Part shown: piece by piece, positions 1-13,611 of the stretch
How positions within the stretch are numbered: the first letter of the stretch is position 1
Layout: the number at the start of each line of letters is the position of its first letter
NCBI RefSeq assembly: GCF_001194135.2
Contig: NC_068982.1
Location: 142,338,190-142,402,189, forward strand
Origin: Octopus bimaculoides
Taxonomy: Eukaryota
Direction: 5' to 3'
Length of the DNA: 64,000 bases
Translations under genes and position numbers: made by a program
The notes under the pieces: generated by a model
What the model saw: only the letters and a program-made list of their open reading frames with translations
Told to the model about the DNA's origin: nothing
The model's database searches: none

Positions 1-640
1 TTCCGTGTTATCGTTTTGTATTTTTAATTTGATATGTTATATATTACAAAGAAATTTAATTAGAAATAGTTCGTAGTTTTTCTGTTTTTCCCCAGATTTG
101 TTTTCATACAGCAATTCAGTTATATTTCATTAGCTAGTATTTGTTTTATATATTTCAATATACTTTTTTCTGATTCGTTTTTTCGCATCAAAATATGCGA
201 TTACATAGAAAGAATGGTTAATTCTTCTACAGTTATCCAACACATTCGATTAAGGAAAGAAAGTATGATGATGAAACCTTTGATCATCGAGCTAATTTGT
301 AATTATATTTCTCCCTGAAAAGAAAATAACGTCAATCGAATTTTATAAATATTACAGTCAATTTATGGACTATTTATGAAAAACTCTTTTAGAAATTATT
401 ACTTCAAAACTTTCTCTTAAGCAATGGCGTTCACTAGTGTACAGCTGTCAATTCAATTCCATGAACTGCCTCGTATGTTGTCTCAGAGTAGATTTCATGT
501 GAATCACACATTAACAATCTAATTTGATGAAAGTTTGCTCGCTAAGATTCACTGACTAATTAAACTGTACAAGGAAAAGCAGAAGGAAACAGAATTTATA
601 AATGAGAATGATGTTTACTTAAAAACAGCTTCCGACTTAC

Positions 641-745
641 TATACGCATGGAGGTAGATGCAATAGCAGTACCGCTTTCATATCCTTTAGTTACTTGGTT
701 TTTAAATTGCAGATTTATCTGATATTGAAAATCGGTTCGGAAGAT
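641..745 (-). CDS. Candidate internal exon (105 nt, phase 0-0), IFRTDFQYQINLQFKNQVTKGYESGTAIASTSMRI; product unknown
   Basis: On the minus strand: acceptor tatatttttag|, 35 open codons, donor |GTAAGT. A very strong acceptor (ttctgtttccttctgcttttccttgtacag) follows 76 nt downstream at 565. I recognise no homology. Confidence 0.3.
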
Positions 746-2709
746 CTAAAAATATATCTAATACTAGTAACACATGCACACACGCACTGACATACACACT
801 CACAGATACACACACAACAGCATGCACACACTCGTGTGTGTGTGTGTGTGCTTGCGCGCGCACCTGGCATTACAGAACATAGTTTGGGGATAAAAAAATA
901 CCTTACGCTATTCGCTATATGTAATGGGATTTGGTTGTTATACCATCTTAACAGATAATCGATTTTCATGAATCATTTTCCGAAACAAAATAATTATTTT
1001 GGCTGTATAATTATATATAAATGACAGAGGAGATTGGTGAAGTGACACTGAATTGAGATTTCATAGAATATTTGTATACTGAACAACCGTCTTATATAAT
1101 AGTAGATTGATATGACTATTGATGGGTAAGATTTCATGGGAGTGAAATATATTACTTAAAGATTTATTAATTCATGTCTCATATATATTATAAGTACATG
1201 GTCATATTAAGAATGGTAGATTGTCTTGCTTTTTGTTTCTGAAGTGTTGCCAAACAGGCGTGTTTTGCCGAATAAAGGAATATAGGTTGTATGTATAGAT
1301 GTACCTGCGTGTGTGTGTGTGTGTGCGTGTATGTGTGTGTGTATGTGTGTGTGTGTATGTGTGTGTGTGTGTGTGTGTGGGTGTATTCGTGTGTGTGTGT
1401 TCGTTGTCATGAGTCGCAATAGAACCTCGTAAACCATAACCAGTTCGAAACGGTAAAGTTTTAAAAAATGTCCCGTGAATTTTAACAATGGTTCCTTACA
1501 TTCGAAATCAACGATGCCTTCCGTCATTTCCAAGCGGCTAAAATAACTGAAAAGGTCATTTAAAATTCAATCAACTATACCTTACCTCAATTACTGAGAA
1601 CGTGTGCGCATCATTTACTTATGTATACAGAATTGTTATATTTTTACGATGCCAAAACACAGAGAAGCTTTGCCTTTAGCCATTGGACACTGCCAGCGGA
1701 ATTCGAGACTTGCAAGTGTTAACGATTAGCGAAACAACTTGCTTCGTAATTATACACTGTCCATTAATATTAACAACATTTTGGAATGGAGCCATGAATG
1801 GAAATGGTTTCCATCAGGACATGAGACAAAATTTCAACCATAACAAAATGTTTACTTTAATATGGTTTTGTTGTAAATAGGTTTTGATAAGATATAAAAG
1901 AGAATGAATCCCTTCGAAATTCTACCACAGAGCATGGCAATCATTGTTCAAGTGTTCAGTGAACGAATCCACGAATTAACTGGAAAAACTAAATAAAAGG
2001 GAGCTGTTTAATGTATCAAAGGGCGTATATAGGTGTATAGCCCCCATAATGGTAATGTATGCTACCATCCTGCGTGAATCAACTCTTCATACTCGAAGAG
2101 TTTCACAAGAAGAAGCTTTCATAAACCATAATATACACCGATCGAACGTTTTCAGGTTGTAGCTTTCCGTAGTGGAGCGATGAACACTGTAAATCAACAG
2201 GTATGCTGATAGTGTAACTAAACGCTTTTTTTTCTAAAGCAACATAATTTGCGTAACGCTGCAAACGTGTAGCTTTATAAAATTTCATAAAATTGTGTTA
2301 ATTCAGATGGAGAATATATATGTTTATTATGAATTCATTAATTAAGCTGATTCCTACAACATCTTAATTCTTACAAACTAAATAAATAAAATGAATTTGA
2401 GTTACACACACACGTACTTATGCGCTTATTTTCCAGGCAACCAATGAAACTGGTAGGCGTGGATTCACTTCGTTTGGCGGTACGAAAGGTTTAAATAAGC
2501 ATTCAAATCTCTCATTTACCTGCCGGAATTGACTGCAAATAATACCACTATTCTGTCAATAAAAACTGCAATAAGATAAATGCAAACACAACTTCCCTTC
2601 TACATAAGGGCTTTAAAATAAAATCATGTGTTTTTGTATCGATTACCTTTAAATGGAAATATTACAGGACATTCCAAGAGTTTAACCTTATACATATAAA
2701 CTTATATAC

Positions 2710-2762
<53 letters not shown>

Positions 2763-3279
2763 GGCATTTATATATAGGCATTTATATATACATACACACA
2801 CAGATATATACATATGTTCCCACACATGCACACATATGCATACATATATGTATATACATATATATATATACAATTGCAGCGTGGAAGGTGTTTATAAGCC
2901 ATTTAAAATAACACACAAAATCCGTTACATTCACTTCAACATTTAAATTTAATTTGTCAAAATATTTTCGTCGCTTTGAGACCGCTACCTGTTCACTGAC
3001 AAAATTCTGTGCTGCATCTGAGAAAGTAATAGTTAGTTCATGATATATATGTACATGTGTATGTATGTATGTATGTAAGTATGTATGTATGTGCGTGTAC
3101 ATGTGTGCGTGTATGCATCTGTGTACATGCGTATGCATGTGTGCATGCCTATACACATGTATGTATATATGTATATGTATGTGAGTATGCACGTATGTAC
3201 TTATGGATGTACGTGAGTAATAGGGCAAGTGTGTAGACGTGTTTGTGTGTGTGTGTGTGTGCATATGTATGTGCATATG

Positions 3280-3283
<4 letters not shown>

Positions 3284-3356
<73 letters not shown>
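3284..3356. repeat. (TA)n microsatellite within a (TATG)/(TG) compound tract
   Basis: Read directly from the sequence; one of many similar tracts in the window. Confidence 0.95.
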
Positions 3357-3361
<5 letters not shown>

Positions 3362-3746
3362 CAAAAATACATAATTATGTACATACATATATACATGCAT
3401 ACATGCATACACGAAAACATTTCTGTAATACGTAAAAAATATTTCTTTCAAAATTGTATTTCAAAAGCGTACATTAAAATGAGACATCCACATTGTATTC
3501 ATGTTGAATATAAGCTATAGAGTTTATTGCATATTATCTATAAATTATAAATGTTTTCTTAAATTTACTTTGGTGCATTTGAAAGTATAGATTCTATGAA
3601 AAAAAGCTTGAATTTATGTGCCATTTTTTTATAAGAGTATCTAGTAAATAAAATCTATGATCATAAATTTAAAAAGATACATACGTACAAGCATATCGTA
3701 TCTTTGTATATATATACCTGTGTGTGTATGTGTGTATGCCTGTGTG

Positions 3747-3795
<49 letters not shown>

Positions 3796-4512
3796 GTGTG
3801 TGTACTTAAATTCACCCAGTATTATTTCTGTTCGTGAGTCAGTGTTTGTGAATGTGCCTGTGTGTGAGCATGTATGCAGGTTTTTCTGCAGAAGGTGAAA
3901 CACAAATAAGCAGCGTATCTTCATAAGGGGAAGCATCTCGACTTTTTTGAAAGTTTCGCTTTATCATACCAAAAGAAGATAAATTTCAAAAGTTTACCAA
4001 GATAACATTTATAGTTAGTTCTACATTTCGTTGTCATGTATTCCTATTTTTTCGATGCGAATATTTACTGATATTAGAGTTTATCCTCCCCAAATAAACG
4101 AATATCTCATCTCAGATTAGTGCCTATGCTATCTATAAAATCCATTTGATCAGTGTTTTTATACGAATACGTGCATAGATAAATACAAACATATATATTT
4201 ACGTACGCACATCGTCCGCACATATGCATGCATTCGATACATATCCATACCTGCATATTATATTCTGTGAAGAACAGTTTATATAGTAGCTTCTGTCTAA
4301 GTTATTTTGAACATGTTCACAAATATTTGCCATCCTTCTTACGCCATGTCATCAAAAGCTTTACAACGACGGAAACAATGTTTCTTTGTTTACGGTGATG
4401 TTGATACCTGTTATACCATAGATTGATAATTCGTTGTTACCCTTCTTCGGGATTCAAATTCTGTTAAGGGTTTTACTCGTTTACAAATTCATAGAAAACG
4501 GAAATTTTGTTG

Positions 4513-4573
<61 letters not shown>

Positions 4574-4802
4574 ACACACACATACACGGACATAAACACA
4601 CTTATATGTAAATGAACGGTAAAAGAAAAAGGAGACATACAGTCATTTTCATTACATGAATTCTGTTGTGTAGTCATTTATCAATTGATATTATTATGCT
4701 CAGTGATCACCAGAAGCTGAAACATAAAGAGTTTTAACAAATGGTTGTTCGTATACCTGCACCTACACGAATTCATTATATGTAAATATCATTTTATTTT
4801 AT

Positions 4803-4900
4803 TTCACTTGTTTCAGTCATTTCACTGCGGCCGTGCTGGTACTGGTGCACCACCCGCCTTCAAGAGTGCTCGTCGAACAAATTGGTTGGGTTCACAACCT
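4803..4900 (-). mobile_element. SINE 3' tail remnant (CR1/L2-type tail)
   Basis: Reverse complement reads GGTGCACCAGTACCAGCACGGCCGCAGTGAAATGACTGAAACAAG, matching the tails at 24055-24100 and 63166-63210. Confidence 0.75.
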
Positions 4901-5695
4901 CTAACTTTCCTGGAATTATATATATATATATTTATTTAGATTCTGTATAATATCTAAGTTTTGAAACATTTTTCACATTTGAAAATTTGACCTTGAGAAG
5001 TGTCATGATATTTACAAACTCTATAGTGAATTAAACAAATATGAAATTAATTCTATGTGCTGATGTAAGACGCAACACTCTTGGCATGGTTCATATTATA
5101 AACAGACTACTTGTATGAATATTTAGGTCGATATGCAGACGTAATCAACTTAAACAAATGCCACTAAGTATAACTGTTTTGTTTCGTCGCATAGACCTTG
5201 ACATGAATTCTACAGGACAACCATAATTACGTCCGTATAGGTGTGATGTATTCATTTCATTATGAGTGACGTGTTTCTGCTCTGTTTATGCTTACGCTTT
5301 CAAAGTGTATTTATATTTTCGTTCTACATTAAAAAGTTAAATCATCGTATGTAAATATGAGCAAATATGAATAAGAAGGCTTCGTAGCTATACGGGAATT
5401 CACATAGACATTATATGTGTAATAACGTATATGAAAATGGCCTGGGTCTATATACTGGCCGAAACCTATGAAAGTTATCAAAGTTATTTGAACATATCTA
5501 TATATGTGTATGAATATAACTTCACAGAAACATACGTACTATTTTGTACATGAGTTTGTATCCATATATGGTTCGCTGTATCTCCATACACTGAAAATAC
5601 AAACACTTATAAATGCATGTATGTTTGTGTGTATGCATGATGGTACAATTATTGATATATATACACACACACATGCATATACGTATATCTATATA

Positions 5696-5698
<3 letters not shown>

Positions 5699-5764
<66 letters not shown>
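5699..5764. repeat. Compound (CT)n(TA)n microsatellite
   Basis: Read directly from the sequence. Confidence 0.95.
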
Positions 5765-5766
<2 letters not shown>

Positions 5767-5861
5767 TTATATGTATCTGAATGCACATAAGCACGTGCAT
5801 GTATGTATATGTATGTGCATGTATGCATGATATATACATGTATATATTCGTATATATAGAT

Positions 5862-5902
<41 letters not shown>

Positions 5903-6170
5903 TATAATTGTAAATGTTACTTGAATTTCGATCATCAAGGTAGAACCACATAATGGAGGGAAACACTCTGAATGTGTGTTCCATGATAGTAAAAATATTA
6001 CCTTTGTTCATCGACATCACGTGTTCAGTAGAAATGCTACCTGATTATCAAGTTGTTTTGGATAGTGGGAAACATTAGACGCAAAATGTTTGAAGCCTCA
6101 GTAAATATAAGCTCTACATTGGGTATTGAGCACCTATTTCATGTGAATATATATACAAACATATATATGG

Positions 6171-6236
<66 letters not shown>

Positions 6237-6555
6237 GTATAAATTAATATACACAGTATAAATATGCGAGCTCGTAATAGTTTCTGGCATTAGGTACGAT
6301 GGCCAAGGCAGGTTTCATAATACGCCTTTTATTTCCAAGCAATGTTCAAGCTCAGACCACCTATCTATTCAAAGTACAGGACACTGGTACAAGTGAAATA
6401 ACGAGAATAAGACAGGAAGTTGGTTGACAAAAGTGTATGGTAGAATGAAAAATAAAAACGGAATGTATAAATATATAAATGTGTGTCTGACTGTCTGTGT
6501 GAATGTGTATGTATGTATGTATGTATATTTGTATGTATGTGTGTATGTATGTATA

Positions 6556-6567
6556 AGATAGATAGAC

Positions 6568-6638
<71 letters not shown>

Positions 6639-6645
6639 CAGATAG
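6556..6645. repeat. (GATA)n tetranucleotide microsatellite
   Basis: Read directly from the sequence. Confidence 0.95.
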
Positions 6646-8549
6646 TTATGGGTATACACCCTACATAATAATAACAGCGGTGCAATTCCAGGTTGTTTTG
6701 TATATGAAACAGCTTTTTCAATATTCTCACCAATAAAGATAGGGTTGGGTTGTATGATATAGCAGAGGACAATGAAAGCACGACACTTTCTCATAATTTA
6801 CAATAAGGGGAAATTGTTGCTAATTATGTTAGGTTGGTTAAGTTTGTGGCTTATATTTTACTTTGATAGACTGTGACTTATAATTTCTAAATAACACATT
6901 ACGGTACTCGCCACATTAATTCGCTTATTTTCTCACGCATGTTATAACATTAATTGGCACGTTCCCGTTTCTCTGTCTTTCTCTGTGCCCCCACTCATTT
7001 GTTCCATTATTTTTTCTTGTTATTTGACAGTTACACGTTTCCTTCTTTGTTATATCCTTTCTCTTTTCTTTCTTCTATTCTTTCTTTCTTTATGTTCTTG
7101 TCTTTCTTTCTATTACTTCTTCGTCACTTTGATTATTTGGTGATCACTGGCGGGTTTTATTTTCCCACTGCTCATCTCTTTGATGTTTGTCTCTGTGCGT
7201 GCTCTAATGTTTATCGACTGAACACGAAAGATGAGTTTGGTTAATATTATTGAATCATGACTTGACAATTGTTTAGTTAATTGAAATAATTGCTGGCCTG
7301 TTGGACCTTCATGTCTTTGATGGTACGCAATAAGAGGAGATTCTTTGACATTTTACATAGATTATGGCTACTAATTGCTTAATGATTTGTAGCCTGTGTC
7401 TTTCACTCAATGGTCTTTTTTATCAACTTTGATTACATACGTATTCGGTTATTATTATTTTACAGAAGATCAGACATCACGATTTATATCACAGTTGAAT
7501 GTGTTGCCACCATTTTTATTGCACTATTTGTTAGTGTTGTTTATTGATATCAGCAGGCGCCATAATGCTGGATCTAACTTCGCAATAAATCAAATATGCC
7601 AGCAGATTTCAATAGAGATAGGAGTGCAAGTCGACTATCTCGCATTCATGATTTTCTCATGTAGTTATGAAAGCAGATTCGGAGAGATTTGCGATTTGCA
7701 ATAAACTGTTATTTCCTGATAAACTATCGGCAAATTGAGTTTTACAAACAACGCGTTGCGCAGATAACATTGCATGCTGTAGCAGTTGCTACGTTGCTAT
7801 AATTTTATCCTGATGCCCTTATTCTTTTTAACATGAGAGATGATGAAACATATATAGGACAAAGTTTATTCGTGGCCATGCCAGCGAATCATTCTTCTTT
7901 TACCGAGCTGAGAGAAGTAATATTGGATTTCTCTACGATCGAACTGTATTTTGGATGAAGGAGTGCATTGCATAACGTAGTTTGAGATACCCTATCCCAG
8001 CTAAATTCTAAAGCAATGAAAAGGAGAGGAATTTAATATTTCAGGGAATGCGTGGCCTCATAATTTAACAGTTCTAACACATTACATTCCTTATATTTCA
8101 ATAACATTTAACCATATCGAAACGCAAGAAATCAATGTTGGTTATTGGTCTATGAAAAGCTGTACCACATATTGCAATATACGCATATATATTTAGACGC
8201 ACACATATTTACATAATATTTAAAGATGAAGTCTCTCAAACTCTCAGTTCTTACATCTAAAAACACGCACACACAAACACCCCCACACACACACACACAC
8301 GCATATAAAAAAGAGCCGTTTTCTAACCTAGATACAAGGCTCCTTCATTGGAATCTCAGAATCATCAACGGGGTATTTATGTGTGTGTGTATGTATGTAT
8401 GTATGTATGTATATATGTATGTATGTATATACGTTCGTACGTATGTATGCATCTATATATGCATGTATATGAGCAGATTTGTATGTTTTGTTGTATGTAT
8501 GTCTTCTCGTAAGATATGCATATACTTGCATATCTAGATATGCTCATAT

Positions 8550-8965
8550 ATACTTAAATGATAAATGTCTGGTAAGTTTTACAGATTTTTACAGTTCCAG
8601 TGATGGATCACATTTGTAGTCTTCGAATCAGCTTTTTCTTTTCTGGTTTTGTGAAGGCTAATTCCTCAAGATTGGTTACATAACCCATGTGTCCTGAACT
8701 TGTAATCTGGATAGAGTAACTGCAAATTTCACAATAGTTCAATGTAGATATATTCATATCTACTGATTTTCAGCTTTATATTAACGTCCGCTGGGTAGTT
8801 GTATTTCACAACAGTACACAGCGTCTCTTCCCTATGCCCAAATCATCATATCAGAGGTCTATTGTGTTTACATTCTATTGGCGTTTTTCACTGGAACATT
8901 TCATCAATATCCCTGTTTATTATGAGTCATTATGGCTTCCATCATACTGTGCATTCATATTTATT
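8550..8965 (-). mobile_element. Degenerate 3' fragment of an R4/Dong-like non-LTR retrotransposon (REL endonuclease C-terminus)
   Basis: Minus-strand translation across frameshifts gives EAIMTHNK..CKHNRP, TLCTVVKYNYPADVNIKLKIS..NLQLLYPDYKFR and GYVTNLEELAFTKPEKKKLIRRLQM*SITGTVKICKTY. This is the RPD..E..PAD..K REL pattern of R2/R4-group elements. Stops and frameshifts are present. Confidence 0.75.
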
Positions 8966-9356
8966 TGTTCTTGGGCATATTTATATATGTAGGTATGTAT
9001 GCATGCATATATGCGTGTATATATACATACGTGTATATATATTTGAAGATAAGCAAAAAAGATTCAATAGGTTATAGCAGTACGTACGTTTCGTAGAAGC
9101 TCCATTTATTCATGTAGTGAGAATACCACAGAATGTACAATGAACATTTTTGAATTTTTGTTGCCTAGCTTCAAATTTTATTCACCAAATCTCTTGATTT
9201 TTTTTTGGTTTTTATTCTACCAAATCCTGGTGCCTCAAACATTTTAAGTACCACATTTAATCTTTTGATTAAATCTATATTATTATTACGCGTATATATA
9301 TATATATNNNNNNNNNNATATATACAAAAATACATATATATATATACACATATATA

Positions 9357-9842
9357 CATTATTAGGGTATCAGCAAATATTTGCTTCACCACATACCGAA
9401 GTTCAGAAATACCAGCTAAAAAAGCTGAGACTCCCACAGATATCATCACTTGTAACTCACAAAGGCAAAAACAAGAAGAAAAAACAATGAAAACAAACCA
9501 TTCCGAAGATTAATCGTAGACGCGTTTCTGGATTATGTGTGATACATACTCAATTTCCTTCACCAATACGATAGCAGTAAATTCGACTATGCTAGCAAAC
9601 TGTGCAAGCATGAACGAGTAACATTCCACATCGATACAGATCTGAAAGCATAACCGAATCCACCTCGGCCAGCCAGTCCACTGTCCTTCCTTCAAGAAAT
9701 TACCATGTGCGCGACAAGTCATACCGCAGAGAATCTTTGTGATTTACAAGTGATGCTATCTGTGGGAGTCTCAGCTTTTTTAGCTGCTATTTCTGAACTT
9801 CGGTATGTGGTGAAGCAAATATTTGCTGATCCCTTAATTATG
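9357..9842. mobile_element. Fold-back / MITE-like element with 108-bp terminal inverted repeats
   Basis: 9357-9464 versus the reverse complement of 9735-9842 shows 6 mismatches in 108 nt with no gaps (hand alignment). The spacer is 270 bp and the flanks are TA-rich. Confidence 0.8.
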
Positions 9843-10302
9843 TTTATAAATATATATCAGCTTTTAAATAAGTTCTCCACCGATAATGGTGCTTACATAC
9901 CGATGGGCTTGTTAAAAATTATTAATTGTTGATTTATTAATGAATTAATAAATTGATAATCCTTTACCCTTTTAATTTGTATACACATATATAGATAAAT
10001 ATTGTGCGTATACACACACATACATATATACATACATAAATATGTGTGTGTGAGTGCGTGTGTGTGCGTGTATGTGTACGCGTGTGTGTGCGCATGTTAT
10101 TGTATAAAACAATAAAAATCTACCTTCACACATTCAATAATCCGACATTTCATCTGAATGGGCTCAAATATGTAGGTTATGAAATGATTTAAGATGAAAC
10201 TTAAACCTTTGTTGTTTCATTTATGTTTAATCTATTGATTCCTACCTATCATGCAGAGGCTTAACAAAGCAATTTTGCTTCAAATTTTCCTAATGCTCTC
10301 TC

Positions 10303-10352
<50 letters not shown>

Positions 10353-10990
10353 GCGTTTCTACGTGTGTGTACCTGCGTATGTATGTGTATGTGTGCGTGA
10401 TACGTTTATGTATGTATATTTGTTGTGTAAGCTATGTAATAAGAATGTTAAAATAGTTCCATGTTTTTGAAATACGAAGCAAAAAGGGAGGTAATTTGTT
10501 GACCATTTCATAGATTGATCTTAATGCCACAGAGAACACGTACCTAGCTTTATTTGATAGTTAATACGTTAGGTTACTCGTCATATAATGTAATCACAAA
10601 ATATCCCAACTCATTAAACGAGAGCCTGATTTGGACATGTGCGTATTTGTGGAATTGTAAATATATACACATAAATTTCCTTATTGGGAACACATTGTGA
10701 ATCCGAAGAAATTAAATACCAACATTATTGAGAGTTTCATTGTCTGCTTAATAAAAAGGTAAACAAATTTATTCCTTGATCCTAATGTACAGAAAGAGAG
10801 ACAGAGCGTCTTTTGTTGGAAATTTCTGTTTTTGATAGCTTCTTACAGGTGCCCAGTGTTATTGATTGGGGACGAAAACTGGATCTCTTTACTTTGAAAA
10901 CTGGTTAAGTGGTCCTCGAAACGCGAAACGTGAAACTGTCCCTCAGAAGTTTCCTCAACTTTTCTACGTACATTAATGGCATATGTATGT

Positions 10991-11070
<80 letters not shown>

Positions 11071-12642
11071 AGTGAATTGCATGACATATTTTCTAAATAA
11101 TGCAAGCGAGATTAATTGCTGTCATGCCTAGTGAACCATCACCGNNNNNNNNNNNNNNNNNNNNNNNNNNNNNNNNNNNNNNNNNNNNNNNNNNNNNNNN
11201 NNNNNNNNNNNNNNNNNNNNNNNNNNNNNNNNNNNNNNNNNNNNNNNNNNNNNNNNNNNNNNNNNNNNNNNNNNNNNNNNNNNNNNNNNNNNNNNNNNNN
11301 NNNNNNNNNNNNNNNNNNNNNNNNNNNNNNNNNNNNNNNNNNNNNNNNNNNNNNNNNNNNNNNNNNNNNNNNNNNNNNNNNNNNNNNNNNNNNNNNNNNN
11401 NNNNNNNNNNNNNNNNNNNNNNNNNNNNNNNNNNNNNNNNNNNNNNNNNNNNNNNNNNNNNNNNNNNNNNNNNNNNNNNNNNNNNNNNNNNNNNNNNNNN
11501 NNNNNNNNNNNNNNNNNNNNNNNNNNNNNNNNNNNNNNNNNNNNNNNNNNNNNNNNNNNNNNNNNNNNNNNNNNNNNNNNNNNNNNNNNNNNNNNNNNNN
11601 NNNNNNNNNNNNNNNNNNNNNNNNNNNNNNNNNNNNNNNNNNNNNNNNNNNNNNNNNNNNNNNNNNNNNNNNNNNNNNNNNNNNNNNNNNNNNNNNNNNN
11701 NNNNNNNNNNNNNNNNNNNNNNNNNNNNNNNNNNNNNNNNNNNNNNNNNNNNNNNNNNNNNNNNNNNNNNNNNNNNNNNNNNNNNNNNNNNNNNNNNNNN
11801 NNNNNNNNNNNNNNNNNNNNNNNNNNNNNNNNNNNNNNNNNNNNNNNNNNNNNNNNNNNNNNNNNNNNNNNNNNNNNNNNNNNNNNNNNNNNNNNNNNNN
11901 NNNNNNNNNNNNNNNNNNNNNNNNNNNNNNNNNNNNNNNNNNNNNNACCGCTTGTCTCAGCTCTATGTAACTAAAGTTTCGTGGGATCGTAGCACCGTTC
12001 TACAGGCCTACGAAAGTGACTTACACTGAGCCAAGTCACACTGCTATCAAATAATTAATGTAACTCCTAGTAGATATATTTCACGGTGCTTTCTTTTGTT
12101 TGTCCACTCATCTGCATATATACTTATATATATACGTTTTGAATTCATGATATCAAGAAACCTTTTCTCCTGAAAATTGGTGGCGTTGAGCCTAAACCAG
12201 AAAGAACGCGTATTTATAAGCATACAGAGAGTGTAACATGGATTGCATTGTCTAAGTTGTCCTCCTCTGTTTAATATGGTACACAATGAATCAAAGATGA
12301 CTTGGCTACTTTTTCTAGCTGTTAGATTGCCAATGTTTGTTGAGAGTCCTGTGCCTTCATAAAAGGTGTAATCATTGTATGCAGTTGTTTGTACTTTACA
12401 TGATATATGACAGAAAAATATTCAAAACATGAGGAAATGATTCAAATATTGTTATGGCTGATTGAAATCATACTCTGGAATCTCATTCATTGAACTTTAT
12501 ATACATTGCATATTGTAGAGAATATCCTTTAAAATTTTAGAAGATATTGACAATATGTCATAAATATTCTTCTAAATGCAACATGAATTCTATAAAAGAC
12601 TTTGGGTAAGACTCAACAATCGTTTGTAACTCTCAAGGTTAC

Positions 12643-12722
12643 GTCTACAACTTCATTCAATTCATCGTATGGAATAAATTCGACATCTTGTAACCCTTTC
12701 TCTTGACAGATTGTCAATGTTC
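12643..12722 (-). CDS. Candidate internal exon (80 nt, phase 1-0), TLTICQEKGLQDVEFIPYDELNEVVD; product unknown
   Basis: Acceptor aatatttctag|, an open frame with protein-like composition, and donor |GTAACC. I recognise no homology. Confidence 0.25.
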
Positions 12723-13295
12723 CTAGAAATATTTCACTGCAAATTTCGCGTGTTAATACGGTGTGTTGTGACATACGAAACAAAGCTAAACCCTAAAACT
12801 TCCAAAGGTATAATTCCCCACGTCATAGTATGATAGGTATTGTACTAAATTCCGATCATTTTCTTTTTTAAAAACTCAGATTTATGTCGATGTATGAATT
12901 ATAAAGCATTATCGAAAATATGACATCGTTGTATCCGGTTATTAAGGTCTTATGTTATCAAAATACCTGTCTTCCGCTTCTTAATCAGCAGCAGAAGTTA
13001 TATTAGGAGTAGGATCGTGAGGGGAGGAGACCGGATAGGAGGAGGTGAACAGATAGGAGGGGAGAAAGAGTAGGAGGTAGTGGAGTTGCATTTGTCGTTT
13101 CACCATAGGACGGTCTCTGTTGAGCACACCTATGATTAAAACTGTCCTATCCATAAACATCTCGCTTCTTTTCTTCCAGAATACAATTTAACATTGCTAT
13201 ATCGAATCTAGTTTTATATAGCTTCCTTTTCAAGATGGTATCCTAAATTCGTTAGAAAACTTGACTTCTACTTCAAGCACATTATAGAACCACAT

Positions 13296-13611
13296 TTATT
13301 TATTTATGCCCCCTTTTAAAGCCTAGCCAGGCTCTTGGGCCCGGTTTCCCGGTTTCTATGGCGTATGTGTTCCCCCCAGCTGGACGGAACACCAGTCCAT
13401 CGCAGAGTGAATCAAGAAACAGGAAGAAAGTGTGAGAGAAAGATTGGGTCGAAAGAGTACAACAGGGGTCGCCGCCACCCTCTGCCGGAGCCTCGTGGAA
13501 CTCTAGGTGTTTTCGCTCAATAAACAAACGTAACGCCCGGTCTGGGAATCGAAACCGCGATCCTCCGACCGCGAGTCCATTGCCCTAACCATTGGGCCAT
13601 TGCGACTCTAC
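13296..13611 (-). mobile_element. Full-length tRNA-derived SINE (chimeric head and tail) with 12-bp TSD
   Basis: A-box TGGCCCAATGG, B-box GGTTTCGATTCC and a (TAAA)n tail. TSD atagaaccacat lies at 13284-13295 and 13612-13623. Confidence 0.9.

Noticed and set aside
680-688. U12-type donor ATATCCTTT (also at 7052 and 12522)
   Set aside because: One or two copies are expected by chance in AT-rich DNA of this length, and I found no matching branch point or AC acceptor with an open exon.
2688-6794. IYIYIY, HTHTHT, CVCVCV, YLSI and ERERER ORFs throughout the window
   Set aside because: They are translations of di-, tri- and tetranucleotide microsatellites, with no coding evidence.
10849-10900. + strand CPVLLIGDENW resembling an alpha/beta-hydrolase motif
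   Set aside because: The frame hits a stop with no suitable donor before it, and the motif is too short.
11100-12029. Long ORFs spanning N-runs (also at 18.2k, 22.3k, 24.1k, 29-30.9k, 34.7k, 41.8k, 43.4k, 52.6k and 58k)
   Set aside because: They are open only because N codons contain no stops; these are assembly gaps.
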